DNA of 64,000 nucleotides. Origin: a virus. How positions within the stretch are numbered: the stretch's first letter is position 1; each line of letters begins with the position of its first letter. The stretch covers positions 7,887-71,886 of the IMG/VR virus record IMGVR_UViG_3300047168_000018; one strand, written 5' to 3'. The position numbers and the translations under genes were made by a program. Positions 30,101 through 36,661 of the stretch are shown here, piece by piece. The notes beneath the pieces are model-generated. The model was not told the origin of the DNA. It saw nothing but the letters and a program-made list of their open reading frames with translations, and did no database searches.

Positions 30101-33100
30101 GACCCGGCGAAGAAAGACGCCCTCGACCGGCTCTACGGCACAACGAAGGACGGCAAGACGGATCGGGTCAGGCTGAACAACGAGGCAATCGCCGTCCTGG
30201 CGGAACAGGCGCTGGCGCACGCGCGGAGCGAGCCGGGGCCGGTGACACGGGCGGCGGATGCGATGGTCCGCACCGTGACCGGCATCCGCCAGGCGCTTCG
30301 CGGGCAGGGTTTCCTGACGGCTGACGACGTGTTCCGCACGATCATGCAGGGAAAGGTGGTGCCTCCTGCAACGCCCGGCTTGCCGGCATCTAGGCCCACG
30401 GGGGGCACCGAAGCGCGGCCCGGCGCACCGAGCGTCAAAGCCCCCGTAGCGAAGGCGCCGGAGTCGCCCAAAGCTCTCGTCGTCGATCAGGACATCGAGC
30501 CGATGGTCGCGTCCGCGGCGACCGTCGCCGCCGAAGCCGGCCCGAGGCCCAAGCCGCCAATCATCGACGGCTCAACGATGGCGCTGTCCCAAATGGGCAT
30601 CTGGCACACCTTCGCCGACGGAGTGCAGAAGATATTCTCCCCGAGCACCCGTCACGGCGCAACAGACATGGCGCAACTGCTGCGCAAGACAGCCGGCGAA
30701 CAGGCCCGGTCGGAGGCGATGTTCCGCTACGCCCTTCAGGATGCGGACTGGCAGGTCAACCGGCTTGGGCACAATGCGCAGATCGCGCTTGCCTACGACT
30801 TCGAGGACGGGCTTGCGATGCCGACACCGGAATTGCAGACCGGCATGAACGCGCTGCGCAAAGAGTTGGACGACATGCGCGACCGCATCCGCGCCTTGGG
30901 AGAAGGCTATATCGAGGCCGCCATCGAGAACTATTCGGCGCACTACTATTCCAACTACAAAGAATGGAAGGCCGGCCAGATGGCCGACGCCGAGAGCGAG
31001 CGCGTCGGCAAAGGGATCGCGGCGGCGCAAAACCGCGGCAAGGGTCCGATGCTCGGGTCGCGCACATTCCTCAAGCAGCGGACATTCGATCACCTGCGCG
31101 ACGCGATGGCCGCCGGATTGAAGCCGGTGACGACGAACGTGGTTCGCATGAACCTGCTGAAGCTGCAAGAGATGAACAAGTTCTACCACGGGCTGCTTGC
31201 GGTCGAGGCGATCAAGGCGCTGCCGCTGACGAAGTGGGTGCCGATTAACGACTACAAGCGCGCTACCTCTGGCGGCCTCGTCGAACTGAACGATTCCGCC
31301 TTCATGCCGATGCTGCCGCCAGCGGTCGCCACGCACTACCAGTCGTTCGATCCGTCCCTGCGCCAAGGCATCTACGATCTGGCGAAATTCCTTGGCGTGC
31401 AGGTGAAGAACCCTCGCTCCGACGCCGTGCTGCGCGCTAACCCGAAATGGGGCGGCTACTGGCAGGACGGCAAGATCGTCGCGAAATTCGGCTCGGCCGA
31501 CATCGTGCTGATGCACGAGATCGGGCATCAGTTGGACAAGCGATACGATCTGCAAGACCGGATGCTGAGTGCCCACGGCGCATGGGGCGAACTCGGCAGG
31601 CTGGCGCTGATGCGCAAGCCGGCAGCCGACATGACCGAGGAAATGCGGGAATACCTACTCTCGCCCGACGAGCGCATCGCCAATATGTTCCACGCCTACT
31701 GGCATTCCCCGGAGATGTTCGCGGCCGTCGCGCCGGCTGCTGCCGAAGCGTTCGGGAAATTCCTGGCGGACAACCCCGATGTCGCCGAGAAAATCGAAGC
31801 GGTGAAACCCTCGTTGAAGGTCGAAAGCCAGACGACCGACGAGTTCTTCCCTGGCATGCGGGAGGTCGGCAAATGGTTCGCCTACGAGCCGCCGGCGCGC
31901 GTGTTCAACAATTTCGTCTCGACGGGGCTGTCGGGCCACCCGATCTACGAAGGGCTGCGGATCGCGTCGAACGCGGTCAACATGCTTCAGCTTTCCCTCT
32001 CGGCCTTCCACGCCACATTCATCGGCATGGAGGCGACGGTCTCCCAACTGGCGCACGGCGTCGAGCAGGCGGCACATGGCGTCGGGCGGCTGGCGCATGG
32101 AGACATCCGGGCGGCTGGCAGCGACGCCGTGGCCGCCGCCAAGTCCGTCGCGCTGACCCCCATTGCTTCGGTGCGCACGCCGTGGCGTGGCCGGCAGATG
32201 CTCGCGGCCTTCCGCAACCCCGACGGCTCCTCTCCGCTGCTGGTCAAGATCGCCGACCTCTACGCCAAAGGCGGCGGACGCGATCGGATGGACCGCTCCT
32301 ATGGCTTGGGCCAGCATGGTCCCCTGGTGAAGTCCTGGCGGGATGTCGTCAGGGCAGCGACCGCGCACCCGGCCGGAACACTCCAAGCCATCGCCAACGA
32401 CTGCCGCGACATGTACGGCGAGACCCCCGGCCCGGCCGTCATCAAACTCCTGTCCGTCCCGCTGAAGATGGCCGGACGCATCCTCGAAACCTTCAACCAC
32501 CCGATCATGGGGGCGCTGGTTCCGTGGGCGAAGGCCGGCTTCTTTCGGGCGCAGATGGAAGACTTCATCCGCCGCAACCCGGCGGCGTCGGAACACGAAC
32601 TGATCGCCGAGGCGCAGCGCATCGTCGATAGCGGCGACAACCGCTACGGCGAACTCGTGCGCGACAATCTGGCCTGGTCGAAGGTTGCGAAAGACATTTC
32701 CATGCTGTCGCAGCGGTCCGATACGTGGAACCTCGGCTCGCTGCGCGAGATCGGCGGGGGCGCCTTTGTCGATACCCCGAAGTTTTTCTTCAACCTCGCG
32801 ACCCGTCAGCAGGCGCAGTTCACCCGCCGCATGGCCTACATCCCGGCCGCGCTGATCGTCTACGCCCTGGCGGGAGCGTTGTTCAGCTACATGGTAGCGG
32901 GAGAGTGGCCGCAGGATTTGCGCGACTATTTCTATCCGAAAACAGGCAGAAAGAACGAATACGGGGAAGACGAGCGCATCTCGATCCCCGGCTACCTGAA
33001 AGACGTTGTCAATCTCTACATGGACCCCGTCAGGACGGTTACTGGCAAAGGCAACCCGTTCATTCAGATGATGGGCGAGATGCTTCACAACCGCGACTAT

Positions 33101-33370
33101 CGGGATCACATCATCTACGACAGCGACCACGAAACCCGCGCCGGTGCCTACTTCCGTTACCTGACAGGCGAATTGACCCCGATCGGTCTTCGCTCGCGAC
33201 TGGCGCACGATCAGGGCGGCCCGTCGATGGCGGACTACGTCAAGCAGTTCATCGGGCTGTCGCCAGCGCCATTTGCGATCACCGCCCCCGATGCGGCGGC
33301 GAGATTGCAGCACCAGTCCGATGAGAAGTCCTACCGTGCCAGGGAAAGGGCCAGGGCGCGCGATCAGTGA
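18116..33370 (+). CDS. giant polyvalent DarB-like internal virion protein (SLT, InPase, N6-adenine MTase, SF2/SNF2 helicase with intein, two zincin motifs)
   Basis: QESG..AGAEGPMQFMP..YNAG; PTPAQAEAGNYQK..GADGDPLDVY..DEHK; FEPGMGIGNF..GNPPF; HAVGAGK/T, DEAH, SGTP, GTGVNAQ, QRNGRGLRQGN; HETIH (30005), HEIGH (31514). Confidence 0.9.
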   Translation: MPPDGSQPPAAQPTQQASIQYQPDPTAPPPPVYAPDPTAAQSPQEYWDNLYKAAGAKYGVHPALVKAVREQESGDKQYVVSSAGAEGPMQFMPGTAKQEGVKDPYNSEDAVFGAAKLLRENFDQYKDPRQALMVYNAGGDPSKWVPGYADGVMARFNKYAPGMRPGPKMSDHPARDDQDDAIPPPPPGLVPKSALRAIPPPPPGLVPISQEPSLTTAAHVAEEQQQGAPPSQGLFTAAKNAANQAAFTGVGAAVKGVGEAIDNAAVNYYRRQLATMDLIDQGKPPTEGGERPLYADVSPEQRQQMRADIQAKLDAATAGRPAPPPTRAEPADMTDRYNTPLSDADEAKFQQWMKDRSKFAGRDTSSDLFDYDLRGAWKANAEQASNGHLPDTFKKPNHPTFSDESQYNGADGHVGGQWVPSKDGPVFQASPTNVQNMGTQGLRDYFKKVEPTAALALPPTTGGADNAITRAGQAIQNYGTREYPVQPQNEGVVTGAARMIGGLVPMAAAAGAGAVVGGPVGAVELGGAVFGGTFAAAQSYDGTYNEALSKGASYDEAHKAATESAATNGVMMAAPIGRLFSGVPAPVKEGFAQTLVNLGKHGVEFGSVGAASQFADNYIANQTYDPTRPLLKDVPSAFGEGFVTGLVVPAATGVTKWSADKLRDAMSQPASDAFRQAADDLQQEAVRRRAAAQPKQITGPETPPPESPAAEAPPAGPTPPAAPPGESPPAPAGSPEAPLPAAKPEAEKPATADKPVPIEKPGDIEAATQHVEQPTPAQAEAGNYQKAHVEIAPDAPSGGLSVTVETPKGVTRSGVGPDGKPWSVEAPADYGEIKGTKGADGDPLDVYLGPLAHEAQDHPVYIVQQHEPGKEVGKPGDFDEHKPMVGFPSEAEAVTTYLQGFSDNSGPSRIGQVVPMPFDQFVQWAHSDAAAQPFPKAEAAKIEAPSQGGGEAPAETAETETPTSSEAAAPSTEGAQASTRAPKSSTRRRVSSPETLLQFLAARGGLKDQGGELASMGLTKRFVPGHGALVRPTGMTLDRAREAAQEAGFLPPDSPNRPSDNSIDDLIGLLDQEARGQKVYRPSDIVEAQARAAERERMNPGNEEGLAVEYAMGEVQSAADDMGLTLTAEETEDIARAVVQGTDVLTAITNLTEEKAVEAERAAAEAAKIRDEQDWDIPWEWPSNVEKPQGGDWPGEPASTASEAAAEPDTAAAAGDGAAGDESRAGEHEGAQTLIPGVGPVTDKDRAQAGADRPLKGGNAPIGDVGLFSPAAGKQTDLVDAVNQAKAEAAKPVEPPKNGMEYAAAKHTKTGVPLHVVKLTGERLTPEAFNALRAKAKTAGGSWSSFRGKGAVPGFQFKTKAAAEKFIAENGGAAPEAATPEEVPPPPPGFVPASKMNETAFRSALERTGAAQHDGLWRIVPDVGSGYAVEYTPPNGRRETFRASENRDPYNLDEARQRAVQEAEAVRQFGAEAPRPLSDGKGGNLTEVGKNYAGETLYEDKHGVRSIHDKGVSVGETVDLRPERTPNGGIRYVPQVMRGQNKEPRFQIAEPHPASGREREYQAPQESDADRRERERLERWNAAEDARKKAEAAEQPQAEEPGYGAGNKTFTADKAEAARARLREKLKRLNSGLDPEMMLDGLTLAGYHIEAGARVFADYARAMVDDLGQAATPFLRSWYEAVRHYPGFDHAGMSGGDEIEAALRDIDRAPTSPEEADHGLQNPLPESNAGARPEDVPATEPGGAVGSPRPGEGGRGEQDAGRYPEGGEEGAVGPAGEPGGAEGSGGAGVRDADRLPDTGEGSKPRTARRPPRPDAHVTGTDYRIEPGEIAEDRGPAQKARDNLDAIRIVKQMALEGRLATREEQGILARYVGWGGLPKVFDRNTDDKTMKEVGDQIRTLLTPDEYQTASRSTQCAHYTAENVVRAMWDAVQRMGFKGGLIFEPGMGIGNFLGMMPPDLAEASKYQGVEMDHLTADIAKALYPESGIRRADLRKVPLPKDHFDLAIGNPPFSGVTITSDPKYRQGFVLADYFFAKSLDSVRPGGLLAFVTGAGTMTKLGSEAREYLAERGEFLGGIGLPSDAFKQNAGTEVTTHILFFKKRPEQVPFDSLPASERAWTEVTPKRLPNAYGGTDEGNVSRYFDAHPDMVLGEEGFFDKLHPGRYAVHSDGRDLTQALGDAIAKLPADVMTPLLTPEQRGELDFGSGQTKDGSFYLKGDRLMQYSGGVGRVVPMRGAGVAGPSAEEHKIIKHLIPVRDAMRDVIAADIAGDEEAGKTARKALNKHYDAFVKQHGPINKANIRRQRPSIIQQESARLAAREDARAIGEYFSDGDFNVEPYLRKKAKIAEIANARRDAREAALAAGKPWDEGTFDPGDMPDIVIDQRPNIRPFMADPESYRLRSIEDYDDATGTAKKRDVFYRSVIKRSVEPDLKTAKDGVIWSMNEFGKFDLGKIAAKMNLSPETVLADLGDHVYRLPGTSVHQTREEYLSGDVKTKLQEARAAALADPTLERNVKALEAVQPRPLAPNQISMVLGMPWMGAETVNDFIDHLGIGRFEATHVPEMGRWLVTDAAAYSGYRPKKKQRRSQSQMTEGALRWGIPQRSAAELLTDALNRTPPRVMTEGSRDDPPRFDPVATEAAQAKITEMKEAFASWLDADGDRKNALADLYNDKMNRTVAPVIDGSYLTLPGVADHWKWRPHQLRAIARVIQKGNTYLAHAVGAGKAQPLDAKVLTPDGWRLMGDLAVGDFVIAGDGSPTRVEGVFPQGEKDIFRITFSDGASTQCCDEHLWLTRTYRERGYAQKAARAGKDWNCGKPKARSLAEIRTTLRSDHLNAANHSIPMVGAVQFNAASLPLDPYLMGLLIGDGCFRSGVVMFSCAEAELVEAVQALLPPECEIRLKGRYDYHIRFTGTVKYAVGGGRVPTHPVINALRAGGMWDCLSNEKTIPDAYLFGDVESRVALLQGLLDTDGTVSRSGHGVSFTTVSPSLARRMTELVRSLGGTTGVNLRFPTYTHAGVRHIGQQAYTLSICLPPHIAPFRLSRKAAIAKPKTKYVPTRYIVDVEPVGRKEAQCIRVAHPSHLYVTDDFIVTHNTTEMIASAMEMRRLGLVRKPMFAVPNHMLAQFTKEFYELYPTARISVADEEKFHTDRRKQFIANVAQDDLDAVIITHSSFGMIPISHEYENGIIQEEIENIREAMSGLSKQDDRITIKNLEKMLEKLQEKMARASGGAKDQAYAFEELGVDFLYVDEAHLFRKLSFATALGNIKGITPSGSEMAWDLYTKMRYLNDERPGRSAVLASGTPITNTMGELYTVSRYLQPQALKERGIQHFDSWAQTFGDTTTDLEPRPDGSYKPATRFSKFVNTPELYQIVSEVMDTVTSEQLAQYVVRPQLEGGKRHLHLAPFTEHLQAYQKTLADRLKDIEARTGSPKKGDDILLTVINDGRHSAIDPRFVMEAQNDPKSKLNMMIDNVARIWKESANQQFYDPGTSYKEKSFRGPATQMIFSNLGVNGRGPMGFSGYAWIRAALERQGIPSHEIAFIGDYKGSLQRQQLFNDVNEGKVRILVGSTQKMGTGVNAQKRLLAIHNLDPLWYPSDDEQRNGRGLRQGNHNPFLQIHDYTTTDTYDRNMWTMMGRKAGFIESFFRGDPDLREMEDLGEASVFAQAAAMATSDPRVFQMADIKAQLDKAERRRDAYENNLYSLRGQFNDARYSIEYAQKRIAQTDEDIAQRIPTKGDAFRMNVAGKEFDKRQDAWEELQAVMKDRLDGMGETGRTRIGIIGGFGMVLSKTKLGYRMALEAKSGREIDISATGPIASAESYLRDLEKMRAGYERDVEEKQKQAELLRAELEKPFEGDAEIKRLRQSYNELRTALTPKKEAGMNVGEDEDEESRRAPVTAEDAKDRGVTQDEPALREAMREAMRLSGLPSSIGVRLVDKLAGGKVDSVYARNLITVALDTPPEQLPAKLFHETIHAMMDPSLNILSTQQRTALLVAANRYLADPAKKDALDRLYGTTKDGKTDRVRLNNEAIAVLAEQALAHARSEPGPVTRAADAMVRTVTGIRQALRGQGFLTADDVFRTIMQGKVVPPATPGLPASRPTGGTEARPGAPSVKAPVAKAPESPKALVVDQDIEPMVASAATVAAEAGPRPKPPIIDGSTMALSQMGIWHTFADGVQKIFSPSTRHGATDMAQLLRKTAGEQARSEAMFRYALQDADWQVNRLGHNAQIALAYDFEDGLAMPTPELQTGMNALRKELDDMRDRIRALGEGYIEAAIENYSAHYYSNYKEWKAGQMADAESERVGKGIAAAQNRGKGPMLGSRTFLKQRTFDHLRDAMAAGLKPVTTNVVRMNLLKLQEMNKFYHGLLAVEAIKALPLTKWVPINDYKRATSGGLVELNDSAFMPMLPPAVATHYQSFDPSLRQGIYDLAKFLGVQVKNPRSDAVLRANPKWGGYWQDGKIVAKFGSADIVLMHEIGHQLDKRYDLQDRMLSAHGAWGELGRLALMRKPAADMTEEMREYLLSPDERIANMFHAYWHSPEMFAAVAPAAAEAFGKFLADNPDVAEKIEAVKPSLKVESQTTDEFFPGMREVGKWFAYEPPARVFNNFVSTGLSGHPIYEGLRIASNAVNMLQLSLSAFHATFIGMEATVSQLAHGVEQAAHGVGRLAHGDIRAAGSDAVAAAKSVALTPIASVRTPWRGRQMLAAFRNPDGSSPLLVKIADLYAKGGGRDRMDRSYGLGQHGPLVKSWRDVVRAATAHPAGTLQAIANDCRDMYGETPGPAVIKLLSVPLKMAGRILETFNHPIMGALVPWAKAGFFRAQMEDFIRRNPAASEHELIAEAQRIVDSGDNRYGELVRDNLAWSKVAKDISMLSQRSDTWNLGSLREIGGGAFVDTPKFFFNLATRQQAQFTRRMAYIPAALIVYALAGALFSYMVAGEWPQDLRDYFYPKTGRKNEYGEDERISIPGYLKDVVNLYMDPVRTVTGKGNPFIQMMGEMLHNRDYRDHIIYDSDHETRAGAYFRYLTGELTPIGLRSRLAHDQGGPSMADYVKQFIGLSPAPFAITAPDAAARLQHQSDEKSYRARERARARDQ
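21666..21881 (+). CDS. putative overprinted small protein (+1 frame inside the giant ORF)
   Basis: GGGAG 10 nt upstream of ATG; helical-looking MWKSPKAAIGLANRLRQRARQQPNLTPQQRQEMERRATNLV over a low-complexity linker. Confidence 0.45.
   Translation: MWKSPKAAIGLANRLRQRARQQPNLTPQQRQEMERRATNLVLASTKGHKLSSPASGQSPTRTAPKPVPTGR
23268..23603 (+). CDS. overprinted TnpV-like small protein (+1 frame inside the giant ORF)
   Basis: GAGGAG SD; YLKAMRERDPRMFLQLSRAGQLEAH..RAAEEQVFATLIDFP. Confidence 0.65.
   Translation: MDFKIPYLKAMRERDPRMFLQLSRAGQLEAHAQAKAVEASKMLADILKGEKKGPSGLPENPAAQRAAEEQVFATLIDFPTPEKDQNPEPPDDLPDPTRTSRAPTTGSSRAK
26279..27382 (+). mobile_element. class-3 intein (368 aa) with LAGLIDADG homing endonuclease, inserted in helicase Walker A
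   Basis: GAGK|AQPLDAKVLTPDGW..EHLW..LMGLLIGDG..LLQGLLDTDG..AQCIRV..IVTHN|T; Ala1 plus W-C-T signature. Confidence 0.92.
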
Positions 33371-33414
33371 TGCTTGAGCCTGGGGGGATAAGCGTCTAAA
33401 AGCGATGCTGCATT

Positions 33415-33463
33415 GGGTTGGCGCGATGCCGCCGGCCGGACCTTCCTCTGTCCGGAGCGCCCA
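33415..33463 (+). promoter_or_regulatory. leader motif copy 2 (GGCGCGATGCC hairpin plus SD-sequestering hairpin)
   Basis: GGGTTGGCGCGATGCCGCCGGCCG; the CCGGAC..GTCCGG stem overlaps GGAG. Confidence 0.55.
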
Positions 33464-33799
33464 ATGCCCATCAAATCCGCAACCGCGACCCTGTCCGCCG
33501 TGGGAACCTCGCAGGTCTTTCCCCTGCAACAGGAACTCAACGCATCCCTCCTGCCGGGATTGCTCTGCTCGGTCTCATCCGGCGCAACCCTCACCTATTC
33601 GGTCGAAATCACCGGCGACAACGTGTTCGACCCGGCCTACAACCCAGCCAACGGAAACTGGTTTCCGGTCGACAATCTCGCCAACCTGTCGGCGTCGGCC
33701 AACGGCTCGCTCGTCGCCTGCTGCACCGGCATCCGATTGCACGTCACGGCATGGACGGGCGGTTCGGTGACGCTCAGCTTCTGCTGGATGCAGAACTGA
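33464..33799 (+). CDS. small beta-sandwich virion protein
   Basis: GGAG SD; LTYSVEITGD..WF..GIRLHVT..GSVTL. Confidence 0.75.
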   Translation: MPIKSATATLSAVGTSQVFPLQQELNASLLPGLLCSVSSGATLTYSVEITGDNVFDPAYNPANGNWFPVDNLANLSASANGSLVACCTGIRLHVTAWTGGSVTLSFCWMQN

Positions 33800-34146
33800 T
33801 GCCGATAGCCCGGGCCGGCATCGAATACCTGGCGCCCACCAGCGGGATCAGCGGCCTGAGCGCCGCCACCGTTGCCGCCGCAGGCACCAACCAGGCCACC
33901 GCGACGCAACTTACCCTCGCGCGCAACTACGTCGAAAGCGGCACCGGCGGCGTGAAACTGCCCCAGGCTGCTTCCTTCGGCGGCAGCATCGTCCCCGTCT
34001 ACAACCGCAGCGGCGCGACTTTCACCGTCTATCCGTATCTCGGGGACACGCTTGAGACGAACGCGGTGAACGTCGGCTTCACGCTCGCAAACAATCAGAC
34101 GGGCTATTTCTCCGTGGACAATTCGGGCGTTGTGAGGATGGCATGA
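33799..34146 (+). CDS. small virion-associated protein
   Basis: Coupled start; AAGTNQATATQL..GVKLP..VYNRSG..VYP..GDT. Confidence 0.7.
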   Translation: MPIARAGIEYLAPTSGISGLSAATVAAAGTNQATATQLTLARNYVESGTGGVKLPQAASFGGSIVPVYNRSGATFTVYPYLGDTLETNAVNVGFTLANNQTGYFSVDNSGVVRMA

Positions 34147-36335
34147 TGCGCAAGATCATCGGGGCCGTTCTCGGCTGCCTCATCGCGGCCGGCGCTATCG
34201 GGTCGGCTCATGCGCAGGCATTGGATGCCCGCAACAACCTGTCGGATCTGAAAAACCCGGCCGCCGCTCTTGCGAATCTCGGCGCTGCCGCGACCTTCAC
34301 GCCCGCCTTTTATGGTGCCATCTGCAACGGTGTCTCGAACCCGATCAGCGGCACGTCGCTGCCGCAAACCGTCGCCGGTCTTGCCGCCTACACCAATGCC
34401 GCCGGCCAGACGCCATATTCGTGGCTGACGAACGGCAACTGGTATTTCCACGTCGCCCTCGTGCTGCCGAACGGCGCGACGAACGGCTCGACCAATCTCA
34501 CGGTCTACAGCGTCGCCGGCCTTGCGGCGGGGATGATCGTCACCAGCACGACGACGGGCGCGATCCCGACGAACGACACGATCGCCTCGGTTCATGCCGC
34601 GTCCGGCTCGGCGCTGCCCTACATCACGCTGACGACCGCAACGACGGCTGCAATCCCCGTCTATCAGGTGAGCAGCACCAACACGAACTACATTGAGGTC
34701 AAGCAGGCGTCGGGAACGCAGCCGACCGACGCGCAGATCGCGGCGGCCGAGGTCGACTGGCTTGCGGTGCAGTCTGCCATTCAGGCGGCCTCGGTCGCGA
34801 CCGGCGTCAACGGCGGCGGCAACGTCGTCCTGCCGTCCAGCGAGTGCATGATGTCCAACGCCTCGTCGCCCGGAACGGCGGTCGGCACGTTGATGATCCC
34901 GGCGGTTTCGTCCGATGTGAACTGGACCGGCACCGGCATGAACATCATGTCCGCCGGCACGCCGATCAACGCCGTGCTGTATTGGCCGACCGATCTTGGC
35001 GCCGGCCGCTATGGCCTGAGCGCGGACGTGCCGTGGGCGGACCCGGCAAACGGCGCGGGCCGCTACGGCTATAATTTCTACTACGGCAAGCTGGATGGCG
35101 TGCAGCTTCTTGGGCCGGGCGCGAACTTCACGCTCGGTGCCGCGCCGACCGTTGCCATGACCGGGTATGCCGATGGCGCGCGTCGCCGGCTGGATTTCGC
35201 GGCGGTGCGCGGGTTCCTGAACGGCGTGTCATTCCTGGGCGATCACTCGCCCTGGTATGACGTGGAACTGAACGCCAACCAGCAATACGGCGCCTATTGG
35301 GACTATCCCAATGCGTCGCTCGGTGGGGATAATTACTGCTATTCGTGCCAGTTTTCCGGCAACGGCTTCGCCGGCATCGCCATCAACTATGCCGCGACGA
35401 ACAACTGGTATCTCGACGGAAGCTATGACGCGGACAATCCCTGCGCGCTCTATGGCGAGCCAATCCCGTCAGGCGCACCGGCTGCGGGTATGACGACCGC
35501 GGCGTTCCACGTCGTCAACGGGAATTGGGAGTGGAACTACGTTCAGGTCAAGGACCAGACCGGCGGCACATTCACCTACAACAACGGCGCGATCACCGGC
35601 GTTACTGACGGGACTGCCTCGCGCCAGTTCGCCGGGACTTTTGACTCGGTGTATTTCTCGGCTGCCGGCTACGGTGGCCCGAACCCGACGATCCCGGCGT
35701 TCTCAAACCGGGCGACCGTGGATGTCGGAAACATAGGCCCGCTGCATTTGATCCACGGGTCCGACTTCTCGGCTGGCGGCACGAACGGGGACTTCGGCAC
35801 GGCGTCGCTGTTCAATGCCGGAGTGGTGGGCGAGCCGGGTGGCGGTCTCTACATGCAGGGGGACATCACGGCCCTGATCGCGGATTTGAACGCGAACGGA
35901 AAGCAGTTCATCAACGGGTCTGCCTCCAACTATTTCTACAACACCAAGCTGGAAGAACTCGGCGAATACACCGCGCGCCTTTACTCGGTCAGCCCCAGCT
36001 ATTGCTCGGGCGGCACGCCGACCGTTGGCCAAGTCGTCGAACTGATCCAGTCCTGCGCGGGTGGTGCTGTGTCGGTTGGCGGCTACGCAGCCTCTGCCCC
36101 CGTGCTGGGCGTCCTGGCCTCGGGCATCGCGTCCGGCGTCGGCATCATCATCAACTCGGGGGCCAACGTCTCCGTCAAAGCCGGCGGCACGATTGCCTTC
36201 GGCTACTACGTGAAGAAGTCGACGAACGGCACCGTCGTTCAGGCGACGGGCATCACGGACAGCGCCATCGGGATTGCCGGAAGTGCTATCGCGAACGGTT
36301 CGACGGGGGGCATTGATTTGTTCCTGATCCCATGA
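34143..36335 (+). CDS. tailspike/beta-helix-like protein with signal peptide and DUF2190-like C-terminus
   Basis: MRKIIGAVLGCLIAAGAIGSAHA|QA; NNLSDL..ALANLG; AVQSAIQAA..GGNVVLPS; VKAGGTIAFGYYV..NGTVV..AIGIA. Confidence 0.75.
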   Translation: MMRKIIGAVLGCLIAAGAIGSAHAQALDARNNLSDLKNPAAALANLGAAATFTPAFYGAICNGVSNPISGTSLPQTVAGLAAYTNAAGQTPYSWLTNGNWYFHVALVLPNGATNGSTNLTVYSVAGLAAGMIVTSTTTGAIPTNDTIASVHAASGSALPYITLTTATTAAIPVYQVSSTNTNYIEVKQASGTQPTDAQIAAAEVDWLAVQSAIQAASVATGVNGGGNVVLPSSECMMSNASSPGTAVGTLMIPAVSSDVNWTGTGMNIMSAGTPINAVLYWPTDLGAGRYGLSADVPWADPANGAGRYGYNFYYGKLDGVQLLGPGANFTLGAAPTVAMTGYADGARRRLDFAAVRGFLNGVSFLGDHSPWYDVELNANQQYGAYWDYPNASLGGDNYCYSCQFSGNGFAGIAINYAATNNWYLDGSYDADNPCALYGEPIPSGAPAAGMTTAAFHVVNGNWEWNYVQVKDQTGGTFTYNNGAITGVTDGTASRQFAGTFDSVYFSAAGYGGPNPTIPAFSNRATVDVGNIGPLHLIHGSDFSAGGTNGDFGTASLFNAGVVGEPGGGLYMQGDITALIADLNANGKQFINGSASNYFYNTKLEELGEYTARLYSVSPSYCSGGTPTVGQVVELIQSCAGGAVSVGGYAASAPVLGVLASGIASGVGIIINSGANVSVKAGGTIAFGYYVKKSTNGTVVQATGITDSAIGIAGSAIANGSTGGIDLFLIP

Positions 36336-36661
36336 GCGACGAACCCCGCGAACCGGCCTGGCACGGGTTCTGGAACTTCAACATCGGCCACGTCCTCATC
36401 ATTGGCGGGATGATCGGCAGCGCGTGGGTGGTGGTGAACAACGTCGAGATCACGCTCGCGGATCACGGCACGCGGATCAGCAATCTTGAGAAGGAAATGA
36501 CCGAAAGCCGTCGCGAGACACAGCAATGGCAGCAGGGGATTTCCGACCAGTTAAACGGCATCGCGCGCGAGGTCTCGCGGCTTCAGGGGCAGGTGAACAT
36601 GATGATCCCGCCGGGTCGGCGCGGCGATATCGGCACCGATGATCTGACGGGTGGCGGGTGA
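36332..36661 (+). CDS. holin-like membrane protein (1 TM plus coiled coil)
   Basis: FNIGHVLIIGGMIGSAWVV; directly upstream of the endolysin. Confidence 0.55.
   Translation: MSDEPREPAWHGFWNFNIGHVLIIGGMIGSAWVVVNNVEITLADHGTRISNLEKEMTESRRETQQWQQGISDQLNGIAREVSRLQGQVNMMIPPGRRGDIGTDDLTGGG

Noticed and set aside
18116-33370. Many long minus-strand ORFs (e.g. 23846-26260, 28001-29623, 31655-33529)
   Set aside because: Expected antisense shadows of a high-GC3 coding strand; no recognisable motifs
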